Shown one piece after another: positions 34,750-46,900 of a stretch of DNA of 64,000 nt; the stretch's first letter is position 1; every line of letters begins with the position of its first letter. Below the pieces are notes generated by a model. The model did no database searches and was not told the origin of the DNA. It saw only the letters and a list, made by a program, of their open reading frames with translations. This DNA is from Trypanosoma brucei (Eukaryota), in contig AL929603.2 of NCBI GenBank assembly GCA_000002445.1, forward strand, positions 928,001 to 992,000, in the 5' to 3' direction. The position numbers were made by a program, and so were the translations under genes.

Positions 34750-35745
34750 ATGTCAACAGAGGAACTCGTGCAGCGGGTTGTACAAATGCAAATGACGAGT
34801 CCTCATTTTGCGGAATATTGCGTTGCTCACGTCACAGATTCCAAACATAAGTTTTTATTCGATGCAACAGATAGTGAAGAGAGGCGACTTTACTGCGCGC
34901 TTCTTCAGAGGATGAGGGGGGGATTTATTAGTGACGAGTCGAGGGAATGTGCGGGAGCGACGGCGGCAGGAACGGAGCGTCAGCGGCAGCGGCATCGGCA
35001 TCGCATGTTAACATTATGGCAATCGCTATCACATTATTTTACGAGTGCTGGTGCCGCTGGTGCCACCACTTTTTGTAGTCGTGTGGCAGCCTCAGCTGCT
35101 GTTGTGTATGGTCCACATATGCCGCATATGTTTCGCAACATAAAGGATTTGGCTGCATTTGTTGAAATGGTTGATGCGGCCCCACGTGGTGAAGAACATC
35201 AGCGTGCCATTGTGCAATTCATGCGAGGGAGGCTCCCCATGACGGAGGTGTTTCTCCATGTGATGCTTCAGTTATGTGATGGTTACGTATATGAGGCCTG
35301 GTGCATGCAAGCGCAGAAACCCGTGGAAGAAATGTGCATGAGGGGCGGAAAAAACCAAAAAGAGGAGGAGGGAGGCAGCGCTTACGGTATGGCGAGTAGA
35401 CGAAAAGATGCTGCCAGTTGGAGCACAAACTACACGGCTCCATCTGATATTATGGTGGATGAAGCGGCGTTGCAGAAGGGCGGAACGGTGATTTTTCTCG
35501 CGAATATGTTGATGGCAGAACACGAGACATTTGGGCGACCGCTGCGGTATGGGGCGGTATTTGAGCATTATATTCTTCGTATGGTGCAGTTGTTGGCGAG
35601 ATATGCGATGGATGGTTCCGAGGCGTTGGCATTTGTGAGGGAAACGGTGGAAGTTTGGACGGAGGGAAATGTGTTTGCGCCCGCAACCCTGCAAGACATG
35701 CGTGATGCTGTTGGAATCAAAGCTAATGCGAATAATCACAGATAA
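34750..35745 (+). CDS. Hypothetical protein (331 aa; ORF extends in frame to 34702 through an A-rich tract)
   Basis: Long ORF with balanced composition. I recognise no motif. I placed the start at the second ATG, 'MSTEELVQRV', because the upstream in-frame codons are poly-Lys from an A-run typical of UTR. Confidence 0.5.
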   Translation: MSTEELVQRVVQMQMTSPHFAEYCVAHVTDSKHKFLFDATDSEERRLYCALLQRMRGGFISDESRECAGATAAGTERQRQRHRHRMLTLWQSLSHYFTSAGAAGATTFCSRVAASAAVVYGPHMPHMFRNIKDLAAFVEMVDAAPRGEEHQRAIVQFMRGRLPMTEVFLHVMLQLCDGYVYEAWCMQAQKPVEEMCMRGGKNQKEEEGGSAYGMASRRKDAASWSTNYTAPSDIMVDEAALQKGGTVIFLANMLMAEHETFGRPLRYGAVFEHYILRMVQLLARYAMDGSEALAFVRETVEVWTEGNVFAPATLQDMRDAVGIKANANNHR

Positions 35746-36185
35746 CCGGCTCTGCTTTTTTTCTTCTTTTGAGTGAGTGGAGGATCAGGAAGTGGAGAAG
35801 GAAATACGGCAACATATGCGAATTATATGGCGATGAAAAGCCAAAAAAAAAAGAAAAAGAAGCAAGTACCAATAAGGGAAGGAGGAGGAATCAATCAATA
35901 TAAATAAATAAATGTATATATATGCACATTTGCGATTGTGCGTGTATTGCCGTGATCCTGCCTTACTATAATCGTCGTCATTGTCACTGTTTTGAAATTC
36001 TACTTCCACTCTAGCCTTTATTTTTAACTTTCTTTTCGTAAATACAGCGCTTGTAAGTGGGCTGCTGCCACATATTTTCCTTTGATAATAAAGACAATAA
36101 TAGTAATAATAGCAGGACGAACGGGCAGCATTTGAGACGCCTTGTATTCACAAAAATAAGAAAAAGTGGTTTACCGCGTGCAACA

Positions 36186-37223
36186 ATGACGGTGGACGCA
36201 AATGCCGCCTCCAGCACTACAACGACTACAGATTATTATTTTGATTCTTACAGCCATTATGGAATTCACATGGAAATGTTGAAGGATTGCCATCGCACCA
36301 CATCATATCGTGATGCCATGTGGCGTAATGCGTACCTTTTTAAGGACAAGGTTGTGCTTGATGTTGGTTGCGGGACGGGAATCCTTTCTATGTTTGCTGC
36401 AAAAGCGGGTGCGCGGAAGGTGATTGGGGTCGACTGCAGTACTGTTGCCGTGCAAGCGAGGGAAATTGTAAGAGATAACGGTTTTGAGGATGTTATTACA
36501 ATAATTCAAGGTAAGGTTGAGGAAATACAATTGGATGAGAAGGTGGATATTATTATTAGTGAATGGATGGGTTACTTCCTACTTTATGAGTCTATGTTAA
36601 ACACCGTTTTGTACGCTCGTGATAATTTGGGTACTCCTGATGTGAAGATGTTCCCGGATAAAGCTAACATGCACGTATGCGGCATTACTGACGAGCAGTA
36701 CATCCAAGAACGCTTCAACATTTGGGACAATGTGCAGGGAATTGACTTTTCCTACTTCAAACGCCTAAGTTTCATTGAGCCGCTTGTGGACACGGTGGAA
36801 CGATCACAAATTGTTACCAATGTAGCACCTCTCGTTTCATTTGACATCAATACCGTAAAAGAAGCGGATCTTAGCTTCACATCGGAGTTTGCACTTGAGG
36901 CACAGGCCTCCCGCGGAAAGCGTAATGGTGGTAATAGCATTATTTATGTTCATGCGCTTTCTGTTCACTTTGACACGCCCTTCACCGCTGGTCATGAAGT
37001 GGTGATACTTGACACAACTCCATATTCCCCTCCCACGCATTGGAGGCAAACGGTTTTATATCTTTTTAACCCGCTTCGGATGCGTGCGGGAGAGCGAGCC
37101 ACCTTTCGCATGAAATGCAGCCCAAATGCACTCAATGGGCGAGATCTTGACATTTCACTTCATGTTGACTTCGAAGGGGCACTTCAGATTAGTCATTATG
37201 ACCAGGATTTTCGGCTGCGGTAG
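36186..37223 (+). CDS. PRMT1: Protein arginine N-methyltransferase, type I (PRMT1 catalytic subunit-like, 345 aa)
   Basis: - SAM-binding motif I 'VLDVGCGTGILSMFAAKAGA' and post-I 'VIGVDCS'.
- Double-E loop region 'IISEWMGYFLLYESML'.
- THW loop 'PPTHWRQTV'.
I chose the start at 'MTVDANA' (the ORF is open upstream to 36057), which gives 345 aa, the length I recall for TbPRMT1. Confidence 0.8.
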   Translation: MTVDANAASSTTTTTDYYFDSYSHYGIHMEMLKDCHRTTSYRDAMWRNAYLFKDKVVLDVGCGTGILSMFAAKAGARKVIGVDCSTVAVQAREIVRDNGFEDVITIIQGKVEEIQLDEKVDIIISEWMGYFLLYESMLNTVLYARDNLGTPDVKMFPDKANMHVCGITDEQYIQERFNIWDNVQGIDFSYFKRLSFIEPLVDTVERSQIVTNVAPLVSFDINTVKEADLSFTSEFALEAQASRGKRNGGNSIIYVHALSVHFDTPFTAGHEVVILDTTPYSPPTHWRQTVLYLFNPLRMRAGERATFRMKCSPNALNGRDLDISLHVDFEGALQISHYDQDFRLR

Positions 37224-37991
37224 AGGTACTGGGCGATTCAAGGGCGAAAGCAATAAAAAAAAAAGAAAAGAAGATAAAAAAGAAAAGGAAGAAAAGAAGG
37301 TTGTGAAGAGTTATCACGTCTTTGTGAATGTGAGCTATGGGGTGTGGGTGTGTGGGGAATTATGATTGATCGAAAGTGCATAAGAAAGAGAAAGAAAGAA
37401 AGGGAACGAGGACTAAAGGAGTTGGAGTTGATGTGGGGTTAGTAAACCATTGCAGCGACAACAACCATCAGCACAGTAATAATATTAACATAATGAATGA
37501 ATAACACGTATCGGGTGGTTTAAGGGCACAATTCGCCCCAATGGGATTAATGAGGGGCGGTTGCGTTTCCTCGGGAAACAAAAGGTGTGCAAATGAAACG
37601 ATGGGGATGATGCGGTTCCATCCACTTGTTTTGCTTGCGCGTTGTAGCAACGTATGTGAGTGCGTGATCGGCACCGAGGATTCAAATATATATATATATA
37701 TATATATATATGTTTCTGTTCTCGTGCCTCTCCCTCGTTCTCACTGCTTTGTTTGTTTGCCACAAATTGAACCCCTCTTTTACCTTCTCCTTCCGCTCTT
37801 CCACTTCTTCGGAAAATAGAACGGCTTGGGTTCTTTAACTTGTAGTTCGATCAAGCGGTAACATTCCTCTCATTTCATTTGTTGGTATTCTTTTTATTAT
37901 TATTGTTATTATTTTGTTTTTCCTTTTTTTTTTCGTTGACGCTATTGTTATCGCGTGTGTGTGTGTGTGTGTCTGTGGAGAGTATTAGTGT

Positions 37992-38996
37992 GTGAATTTG
38001 AGTCCGTCATTAGCGTTAAAAAACATTTTGTCCCTGATGCATACCGATGACAAGCAGGCACAGCGGTATCCGAGAACGAGTGATGCTGCGCGGGTTCATT
38101 CCACCTTAAGAGTTGGACAAAACACATCCGATAAGGTTCCGTATGGCCGTTTGAGCAGTCAAAGCGGGCCCGGCACCCCACGCGGTGATTTGTTTCCGCC
38201 TTCCAATGGACTTTCAAAGGTAGAAGGGGAAGAGACACCAGCAGCAGGTGCATGGCAATACCCATCCGAACCCATGGCAACACCCAACACGCGATCGGTC
38301 CAGTTGAATGGTGCACTACCGGTTAAAAATGAAGAGGGAGAGACGAAATGTAGTGGTGATGCCATACGGGAGGAGGGAACAAAAGATGGAGGTGATGGAG
38401 TTATTATTGGAATAGATGCTGCTGTGGAGGCAGGAGTGTTAGTTGCAAACGAAGAGAGTGGCAAGGAGGATGAGAATAGGGAGAGTAATGTCAACAGTAC
38501 GCCTTGTGCCAGTGGCACCAATGAAACCATTGCTACTGCCACACCTACCCTTAGTAACGCTACCGCAGCTTCTGTTGTATTAACACCTGCAGTGCCTGCT
38601 TCCACTGGATTGCGTGCATCCAGGCGTTTGTTGGATTTCACGGGCTCCACAAACGTTAGTAATGGCCCTCGTGCCGCTAGTAGACTTTTCGACGTCAAAC
38701 CAGTGGGAGGCGGGGCTCAGGCGGCATCACAAGGGGTTGGATTTCTTCGTCTCTCCAAAACGGTTCCATCAGCAGCATCGCAAGCGGTGAGTGCTCGAAT
38801 GAGGACTTCTCGAAAAAATGGACCGACTCTTAGCGCCACTAGCAGGGGTCACAGCAGTACCGCTCATGAGAATCTCCCCTGCCGTAACGATTACACGTCG
38901 TTAAGGTTAAAGGAGCAACGGAGACGGGAATTGTACGCATGGAATGAAGAGTTACGGCGGCAGGATAAAAGTGACATGTCCGCTGATGCCGTGTGA
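37992..38996 (+). CDS. Hypothetical S/T/A/G-rich, probably disordered protein (334 aa)
   Basis: Only ORF of this size in a 2.5 kb gap between flanking genes. The composition is low-complexity, so coding status is uncertain. Confidence 0.4.
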   Translation: MNLSPSLALKNILSLMHTDDKQAQRYPRTSDAARVHSTLRVGQNTSDKVPYGRLSSQSGPGTPRGDLFPPSNGLSKVEGEETPAAGAWQYPSEPMATPNTRSVQLNGALPVKNEEGETKCSGDAIREEGTKDGGDGVIIGIDAAVEAGVLVANEESGKEDENRESNVNSTPCASGTNETIATATPTLSNATAASVVLTPAVPASTGLRASRRLLDFTGSTNVSNGPRAASRLFDVKPVGGGAQAASQGVGFLRLSKTVPSAASQAVSARMRTSRKNGPTLSATSRGHSSTAHENLPCRNDYTSLRLKEQRRRELYAWNEELRRQDKSDMSADAV

Positions 38997-39787
38997 TTAC
39001 TTTCCTCCTTTTCTTTTCTTTTCTTTTCTTTCTTTTCCTCCTTTTTCTTTTTAGTTTTTACCTTTTAGTGTGTGAATTGCTTGAAATGTCATGAGCGGGA
39101 ACGGCAGAGCTCCCTTTTTTTTTGTTTCCGAGGTTGTTGTTCTGCTTCGTTCCATCTCTCTGTACTTTTGCCCTGTTTAGCGTTTACATGTATGTGATCA
39201 TTTTAGTGCGTTAAAGCGTGCATGCGCAAACGTAGATGAAAAAAAAAGTATATAAATATATGTTTATTTATCAGTGAATGTGTTTGTGAGCCGTGGATTT
39301 ATTAGTGTTTGCGGTTATTATGATGTACGGGAGGGAACACGAAAAAGGGTACCGAGAGGAAGTAAAGGGAAAGTGCACACCTGTGAAGTGTCTTCTTTTT
39401 TTTTTTTTGAAGTGGAGAAGACGGGACGACGAAGTTTGAAAGTATTGTACCCTTTCTTTTTCTTTTTTCGCTATTTTACTAATTTGTTTATTTGTTTATT
39501 ATCTTTTTACATATTTACACGCATGTTTGAATCCTCCTTTCGTGCCACCACCCACTCTCGATGTGTTTTTCGGTGCTTTTTTTTTTGAACTCTTTCTTTT
39601 TTACTTTCTTTTCTTTAATTGCGTTGACCAAAAAAGAAAAAAAAACGTGAAGGGAAGGGAAGGGAAACGAAGAGAGAAACACAAACACATACATCTATTT
39701 AAAGTAACTAATAATAATAATAATAGCACTGTAATTACCATTTATTGTTATTATTGAGAGTTCCTTTTATTTATTTATTTTAGAGCC

Positions 39788-40324
39788 ATGAGCGGATTGC
39801 CTGGAAGTGGCACGCAATTACACAACTACTTTGATCTCATTGTTAACAGCGACCCGCGAGTTGCTTTTGATATTCTCCACCCCGCCGTGATGAATGCCAT
39901 TGAAAAAATGGAAAGGTCTCAACGTCGCAGTCATCACGCGGATGCAAATGATGATGATGAGGAAGAAGGAGAAGGTGAAGGTGAAGGCGAGGATGGTGAT
40001 GAATATGGTGAGGGCGGAGGTGATTGTCTGATGGGTGCTGCTGCGGTTAGTGCCAAAACAAATGAGGAGGCGACGGCAATAGTGGTGAATAATGACGTGA
40101 GGGCATGTTTTGTTATTCCGACACATCAATCAGTGCTTGACACGAGACATGTACATCAACCTGACTTGGCGGGCATGGAAGCATTTAACAGTCAAAAAAA
40201 TCATCACCTCGCCCATCAAGTGTTAGGACCAGCGTTAATGCATGAAGTGCAGAAGTTTGGGCTGCAAAAGCGAAGGCGGAATGAGGTGGAAGGTGTGGAG
40301 GAGGAGGACCAGTCGACGGAGTAA
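39788..40324 (+). CDS. Hypothetical acidic protein (178 aa; D/E/G-rich stretch 'DDDEEEGEGEGEGEDGDEYGEGGGD')
   Basis: ORF with a non-repetitive N- and C-terminus around an acidic linker, preceded by a pyrimidine tract at 39560-39640. Confidence 0.45.
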   Translation: MSGLPGSGTQLHNYFDLIVNSDPRVAFDILHPAVMNAIEKMERSQRRSHHADANDDDEEEGEGEGEGEDGDEYGEGGGDCLMGAAAVSAKTNEEATAIVVNNDVRACFVIPTHQSVLDTRHVHQPDLAGMEAFNSQKNHHLAHQVLGPALMHEVQKFGLQKRRRNEVEGVEEEDQSTE

Positions 40325-40762
40325 GCACTCGAATACGGATGGCGGGCGGTATGTGATATACACAAATAAATATAAATATATATTAAGGTTGCTGGTGTCA
40401 TACATGCACATGTGTGGAGTGTAGAATCGCTTGTTGCTGATGGATGAAAAGAGAAATTACATGGAGGGGATGCCGCTGTTCGTCGGGGTGTTAACTTGTA
40501 CATTAAAGGCCGAAGCTTTGTTGAAATTATTATTATTGTTATTATTATTATTATTATTACTTTTTGATACCGCACCTCTTACCTTTTCTTCGGCTTTTTT
40601 ACCACCGTACTTTCCTCACCTGTATCAATGATGTGTTTGGCCTCTGATCCCTTCCTCTTGCTTTTCCACCCACAATTGCTTTGTTTACTGATAATTGGTA
40701 TGAACTGAACAGGACGGATCACAGGCCGCATTTTATCCCCGTTTGGCAGAAGGAGAAACGCT

Positions 40763-42679
40763 GTGGTGGGCACAACAGTTGCCATGGAGGAGTTGCGTAA
40801 ACGCGGTAATGAACTTTTCCCCACAGATCCTCGTGCCGCCGTTGTCATGTATCGGGAAGCAATTGATTTATACGATACGCTAAAGGACGCAGCGGGGGTG
40901 GATTCGGTTGCGGTGAAGGAGGAATATACCCGATGCGCTGGCAATGCACTCACTTGTTTGTTTAAGTTGGGGCAACATGAGGAATGTGCGGCATTGGCTG
41001 TGAAGGTGCAGCGTGTGAACCCCTTGATTGCGAAGGCGTATGCTTTTATTGGGCGTTGCATGCTTCTGGGAAATTTCCCTTCACTTCCAAAGCGACAATA
41101 TGGAATTGGTCCACTGCAGTATTTGTGTCGTGCCGTATATTTGCTCCCATCCATGGCGGAGTCCATGCGGCCTTTCATTGGTGAGGCTCTTGATAAACTC
41201 TTAGCTGAGATTTTGCCGCCAAAACGTGAGGGTAATGACGATGGCGAACAAACAATTGAGGAAGAGCCTTCCATTGAGGTGAAAGAGGGCGATTGTGGAA
41301 AATCTGTTGTGGCTGTCACGCGTCTGCCAGCCCATCTTGCGGTGAGTTCGACTTTACACCCTTTCAGTGTCTGTTCATTTGACGAGTCATGTGGTGTTGG
41401 TGTGTGTTATAACTGTGGAATTGTTTATCCCTTATCTGAGAGTGATGAACCGAAGGGTACAACCCAAAAGGATAAATATGCGTGTGGCCACTGCAAACTT
41501 GTGGGGTATTGCTCTGCGGAGTGTGCGGCTAAGCATCGAATTCAGCACGACAAGTACGAGTGCCGACTGTTGCAACGGTTGAAGAACATGCGGGATTCCC
41601 TGCAAGCATCTCATGAGGAGCGGGAGCGGGAGGGACAAGTCGTTTCCATCACGGACAGCGTTGACGAGTTTTTTACGACGGCTGTGCATTGCATCACCAC
41701 ATTGTCGGGCGTTAGGGTTCACCGTCCCGGTTACAACGCTGTGGAGCACCAGTTGGAGGGCCATCCTGTTGAAGTAGCGCAAAGTCTTGGAAATTTGGTG
41801 CGCATTGTGCATGAGCTGTTGGACGGTGAAAAGGAACATGGTGAAGTGGCGAGGCTTATTGGCGTTATTCGTTGCAACGCAATTGAGATTTGTGATGATT
41901 CAGGTCTAGGCGTTGGGCAGGCACTTCACGCGGCAAGTATTACGTCTTACTTCAATCATTCCTGTGCACCAAATTGTGCTATTCAGAGCGACGCAATTGT
42001 GACAACGCGTGTCGTTGAAGCTGGTGAAGAGCTCACCATTGCGTACATTCCGCAATTGTACTGGCCGACGGAGTTAAGGCGTGGGGAGCTCGCGGAAAAA
42101 TATTTCTTCCATTGCCGCTGCGTTCGCTGTTGTTGTTGCTGCGGTGGTGGCAGTGATGATCCATATGAAGCTGCCCTTACGGCAATGTTACGCTCTGGAA
42201 GTAACAAAGGTGGTATTGACGGCAAGAAGGATAGCGGTGATAGTGTCTGTGATACACACAGTAAACTAATCGGGGATGTTCAGCTGCTTTGCGGTCGTGT
42301 TCGTTCGAAAGATGCGTGTGATATCAGCAGGTCAGACAAGGATGCGTTACAACGTTTACTGCAGAAGTGTTGTGCTGAACTGTATCCTTTCCATTACCTT
42401 TGTCACGAGTTGCGTAATGCACTAACCTTCGTGTACACTGTTCTCGGTGATACGCGATGTTGTCTGCAGAGTTGCCTCGATGAGTTCCTGCTGTGGGAGT
42501 CCATCGTGCCTGGAGCTCATCCAGTGAAGCGTCTTAAATTATTGAATGCTTTACAGTGCTGCGAGGATCTGAAAGATACCGGAGATAACGGTGGTTGTAA
42601 CGCTAATGTGAGTGCCGGTTGTGGCGGCCTCACTTTACTGCCGCATCTACAGAAATTGGCGCAGGTTTATTACCTTTAG
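40763..42679 (+). CDS. SET-domain lysine methyltransferase with MYND zinc finger (SMYD-like, 638 aa)
   Basis: - MYND: 'CYNCGIVYPL...YACGHCKLVGYCSAECAAKHRIQHDKYEC'.
- SET core: 'NHSCAPNCAIQSDAIVTTRVVEAGEELTIAYI'.
- Post-SET Cys cluster: 'FHCRCVRCCCCCGG'.
The N-terminal region is TPR-like. Confidence 0.75.
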   Translation: MVGTTVAMEELRKRGNELFPTDPRAAVVMYREAIDLYDTLKDAAGVDSVAVKEEYTRCAGNALTCLFKLGQHEECAALAVKVQRVNPLIAKAYAFIGRCMLLGNFPSLPKRQYGIGPLQYLCRAVYLLPSMAESMRPFIGEALDKLLAEILPPKREGNDDGEQTIEEEPSIEVKEGDCGKSVVAVTRLPAHLAVSSTLHPFSVCSFDESCGVGVCYNCGIVYPLSESDEPKGTTQKDKYACGHCKLVGYCSAECAAKHRIQHDKYECRLLQRLKNMRDSLQASHEEREREGQVVSITDSVDEFFTTAVHCITTLSGVRVHRPGYNAVEHQLEGHPVEVAQSLGNLVRIVHELLDGEKEHGEVARLIGVIRCNAIEICDDSGLGVGQALHAASITSYFNHSCAPNCAIQSDAIVTTRVVEAGEELTIAYIPQLYWPTELRRGELAEKYFFHCRCVRCCCCCGGGSDDPYEAALTAMLRSGSNKGGIDGKKDSGDSVCDTHSKLIGDVQLLCGRVRSKDACDISRSDKDALQRLLQKCCAELYPFHYLCHELRNALTFVYTVLGDTRCCLQSCLDEFLLWESIVPGAHPVKRLKLLNALQCCEDLKDTGDNGGCNANVSAGCGGLTLLPHLQKLAQVYYL

Positions 42680-43015
42680 TGTTGGGAACATCATGTGCTC
42701 GACGTGAGTGGGGAGGGGGAATAAGAGTTATTAAATGACTGGTGTGTGTGTGTGTGTGGGGGGGGAGGGGGCTGATGAGCTGCGGTGGCCTTCGCAATCA
42801 CGTAACGTTTCACTTTTTTTCCCCTCACCCGCAGTGTTGTGCCACGAGTGTGTGTGTGTGTCCCGCTTCTTCACTTGTTCTCCCTTATTTATCACACAAT
42901 GAATGAAGCATGTTTGATTTCCTTCCTTTTGCGAACGCGTTATAAGGACAGGGTACGTCTGTCTTTTTTTTTTCTTTCTCTTACATTATTCTATTTGTTG
43001 TAAAAGCATACTTCC

Positions 43016-43492
43016 ATGGAAGGACAAAACTCAGTTTCTCTTCCTGATTTGGTATCCGAGGGCCAATGCAATGCGCCTGTGGTAATACATTCGCTGCCAG
43101 TGAAGACAAATTTCCGTGGGACAACAGATGTCACTGTAAACTTTACGCAACATACGGTACGTGGAGAAGGAGGCGAGCTCCGCAATGCATTACGCGGGCG
43201 TACGCTTATGGGACGTGAAGTAATATTGCCATCTTCATATGTTATTGCCTGCGCAAGTTTCACCAATAAACCTCCAATTGCGGAGGCGGGTGGGAGGAAG
43301 TCTGGTGGAGCTGCTGCCTGTTTTGATACCACTCAGCCGTCTTCAGCGCAGGTGGAAGCGGCAGCGGGGGACATGCGCATCACAGCCGTGGCTGAGAGTT
43401 TTTGCATATGGGAGCATGACAAGAAACCTGAGAGATCAGAGATGGTAACTCAGTGGCTGCGCTTGTCAAATGATCTGCACTGTTATGAGTAG
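43016..43492 (+). CDS. Hypothetical protein (158 aa)
   Basis: Non-repetitive ORF that fills the gap between the SMYD-like and FAM91-like genes. No motif recognised. Confidence 0.4.
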   Translation: MEGQNSVSLPDLVSEGQCNAPVVIHSLPVKTNFRGTTDVTVNFTQHTVRGEGGELRNALRGRTLMGREVILPSSYVIACASFTNKPPIAEAGGRKSGGAAACFDTTQPSSAQVEAAAGDMRITAVAESFCIWEHDKKPERSEMVTQWLRLSNDLHCYE

Positions 43493-43902
43493 GAATGTTG
43501 GGTGTTCAGGAGGAAGTCACGTGGCTCATTTTCTTTCATTTGCATTACTGGTTCATGCGCTGCTGTTGGGTTATAGAATTAATGGCGGTGAAGGGATTCA
43601 CACACATGCAGACACACGTATATATATATATATATATCACATTCCTACACTCACGTGTTATTTCACCAATTATGCTTCAATTGAGTGGATGGGTAGGATT
43701 AACTACCTTGTGGTTTATGTTGTTGTTGTTCGAACGTATACCCTCAACAACAGGGCCCCAATACGAGGCATGTTTATTTGTGTCTGTTTCTTTTTTTTTT
43801 TTAAGATCTTTTTTTTTTCTCATTTGAGGAGGGTTGTCACGATCTCTGCATTTGATTTATTTAAGTACTTAGCCTTTTACTCCTTTCTCCTTTGAAGTAG
43901 TA

Positions 43903-46900
43903 GTGGTTTCCTGTGTTCAACCCGTTTTCTTTGTTATTGCAAGCAGGCCTTTACTGATGACCGCAAACTACCACACGGCGGAATTGCACCAGGCCCTGGG
44001 GGCCGGTGTCTCGTACGCGGAGCTTTGTTTTGCTCTGCAGCAGCGCATGTCTGTGGCTGAATATCAAGAGCAAGCCGTTCTCTTTGGAGCCATGCGCTAC
44101 TGGTCGTATCGGCGGCTGCCGAATTTTGTACGAGAAGATGTCTCTGAGGAAAAATACTACGTGTCAATGGTGCAGCACCTCAAGGCAAGGCTTCAACTTT
44201 TTCCCTACCCTCATGTGGAAGCTGTTGTACGGTACACTCACGAAACGCCACTTGTGTATTACACCGTGATGATTGCGGAGCTTCTGAAGAAGGAGCGCAG
44301 TTACGATACGCTCCCAAATTTCACCGCCGTGGACGTGCTTAATTGTATAGGAATTGGGCGGAACGAATACCTTGAGCTTACACGCGAAGTAAGGAGTAAA
44401 GTGCGATGGCATGTCAACAGAGGTTTTGTAAAGGACCATCTGCCCGCTCGCCTTCTTTCTACTATGGAATTAACACCCTTTTGCCGTGTGCTTCCTGTGG
44501 ATGGGTCGGCGGAACCGCGTAAGAAATCAGAGCTGACGAAGGAGGAGTTATTGATGCACAACCATTTGCTTCAGTGTTACAAGGACCAAGACAGTAAGGA
44601 CAGCAGTGGTGAAACGATTGTGAAGAACCCTGAGAACATAAGGTCCAAAAATGGCGGTAGTGGTGGTCCTGAAGTTAAGAAAGTTGAAGGCGATTTTGGT
44701 CGAATGGGTAGTCAATGCGGTGCTGTTTCTGCGGCATCTGCATCATCGCCAAGAACGCCACTGGGCGCGCCACCATCGGCTCACTCCGGTGCTTCTGTGG
44801 CTGCAGACGGCACTCCTATTGTGCCCTCACCGAAGTCTGCAGATGATGCGGCATCTATTGCTCATAGATGCTGTTATGCGTGTGAGTTATCAAGGGTAGA
44901 GCTTCTTGGTTTGTACCATAAGGGGCTCGTTTGCACTATATTGGATGTAAGCATCGAGGATCAAATTGTTGTGCCCCCACTGGAGCATTTCGTGATGAAT
45001 CGCACTTCCGACGACCCCATTGAAGTGTTGTTGTATAAGGTTCTTGGAACAATTGACGATCGTACCTCTCTAAGGCAGTTAGCCAAGCTTCTTGTACTTG
45101 AGGAGGAAGATCTGTGCTTGGCAGTGCAAATGTGTATCCGACTTCGCTTGGCGCAACCACGCACGAACCGCATACCTAAGGATTTCGAGCCCTTCGTCGA
45201 GCGTGTTCACACTTCATGGAGTGAGTTGGTGCAACCATTCCTCACAGAGGAATCTTCTTCCCCTGTTGCTGAAACTGAATCGACAGATGGTTTTGGCGTT
45301 ATTGTTGGTGATGATATTAACAGTGGTGCACTCGCTGACAGCTTGGTGGAATCCTCATGGCAGCCTTCAATAGACACTGAAGGGTTGGATATTGCTGTTC
45401 ATTTCGATGGGGATTGTATAAAGAATAGCAGCAACGAAGTGAACGTGCAGAGCATCATTTCTAATGCCTGTGGTACTGAAGGACAACCGGCGAAGCGACT
45501 GGTACTTTTGTACGACACGAGTTTGTTGGGGTTTCTCATGATGACAAACTTGAGTACCGACCCTTCGTTCAGGCAACACGTTGTGACGCTCTTCGAGATG
45601 GGAAAGCTCTCAGATGAAACTATGGGCGGTTTTATTGAAAAGCTGGAACAGGTACAAGGTGCCAGAGCGGAGTGTGGTTTATTCGGTGAAGCGGCGCAGT
45701 ATGTTCAGAATGTGCTTTCTCTCCGTGAGGTGGTGAAGAAGCTGCGACAGGTTGTTGGACCCGAAGGTGAACAGGGTTTGGATATGCTCAAAGTGGAATC
45801 CGTAAATGAGCAGGACCCAACGACGCGTTACTCCCTCCTTGCGCGGAATTACTGGGCCTACTTCGTTGCATCACCGGTAGCACAGGCTCCGCTGATTGAC
45901 GTTAGTATTAAGGGCGTGTATGGAAGTAGTGTGAGTCTCATGCCGTCGCCGTGGATGATGCTCTTTTTATACGAAAAGGTGCACATGGGACCACCTTCAG
46001 TTCTTTTGCCTGTTGGCTTGCCGCTCTTTGCTTGGCCGCCTGCATTACAAGATAGCAGGAAGCGTTGCGTGGCGAAGTTAAGGCTTCAGCCGTTCATGGT
46101 GAATGCTGAGGTCACGTATGCGGAGGTTGCCACGTCCCTTATTCTTGCGAATGAAATGACAGCAACAGCTCCACTCTTTGTGCAACGTGTTGTTGATGTT
46201 CCACTTGAAATACCAGCGCCTTCAGCCATGGCGGCTGCTGCTGCAGAGGCGGCATATGAAGACGGTGGTTTGGAGGGTGATGTGACGTGTGCGATGAATG
46301 GTGTTGTGGTGGAGTCGCCCTTTCACATGTTACTGACCGTGTTGGTCCCTTTTACCGCATCGGATGACGAGGCAGTCGAGTTACTCTGCAAAGCAGTGCA
46401 GCACAAGAAACCTTCAGTTGCGGCATTGCGTTTCATTAGTAACCAAACGCGTAACACAACCACGTTTACTCCCCAAGTTAACGATACCAACAACACAATA
46501 ATTAGTGAAGAGGGTGTAGCCAGTGACGGTGGGTGCGACACTCCCACTGCCGATGTTGAGGAATCCGACAAGGTTGTGACACCAAGGGCCAGTGCTTCCG
46601 TTATGGAGGAAACACACCCAATGATGTATGTTGAATGCTTTCGTAGTGCAGTAGAAGCATTGCAACTCCAGGACTCATTGGGACATTTTAACTTTCACGT
46701 TTCGTTGTATGAAGTAGGTAACACGTCAACGGATTCAGGTAATGCATATCTGTTTCGTGTGGACGCGGCTCACATTGTGGATATGGGCCTAGGTATTGCT
46801 TTAGCGGATCAGCCATGCTGTGAATTAATGGTAAAACATCTTGAAGGGTTGTTGAGTGAGTCGAGGATGGAGGCACATTCAAAAGCAATGTTGCAACTCT

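Noticed and set aside
36057-36185. In-frame N-terminal extension of the PRMT ORF (388 aa starting MGCCHIF…)
   Set aside because: The extension is N/K/S-rich low complexity from an A-rich tract. The 345-aa product from the ATG at 36186 matches the core length I recall for the PRMT1 catalytic subunit. A myristoylation-like MGC start is noted, but I do not trust it.
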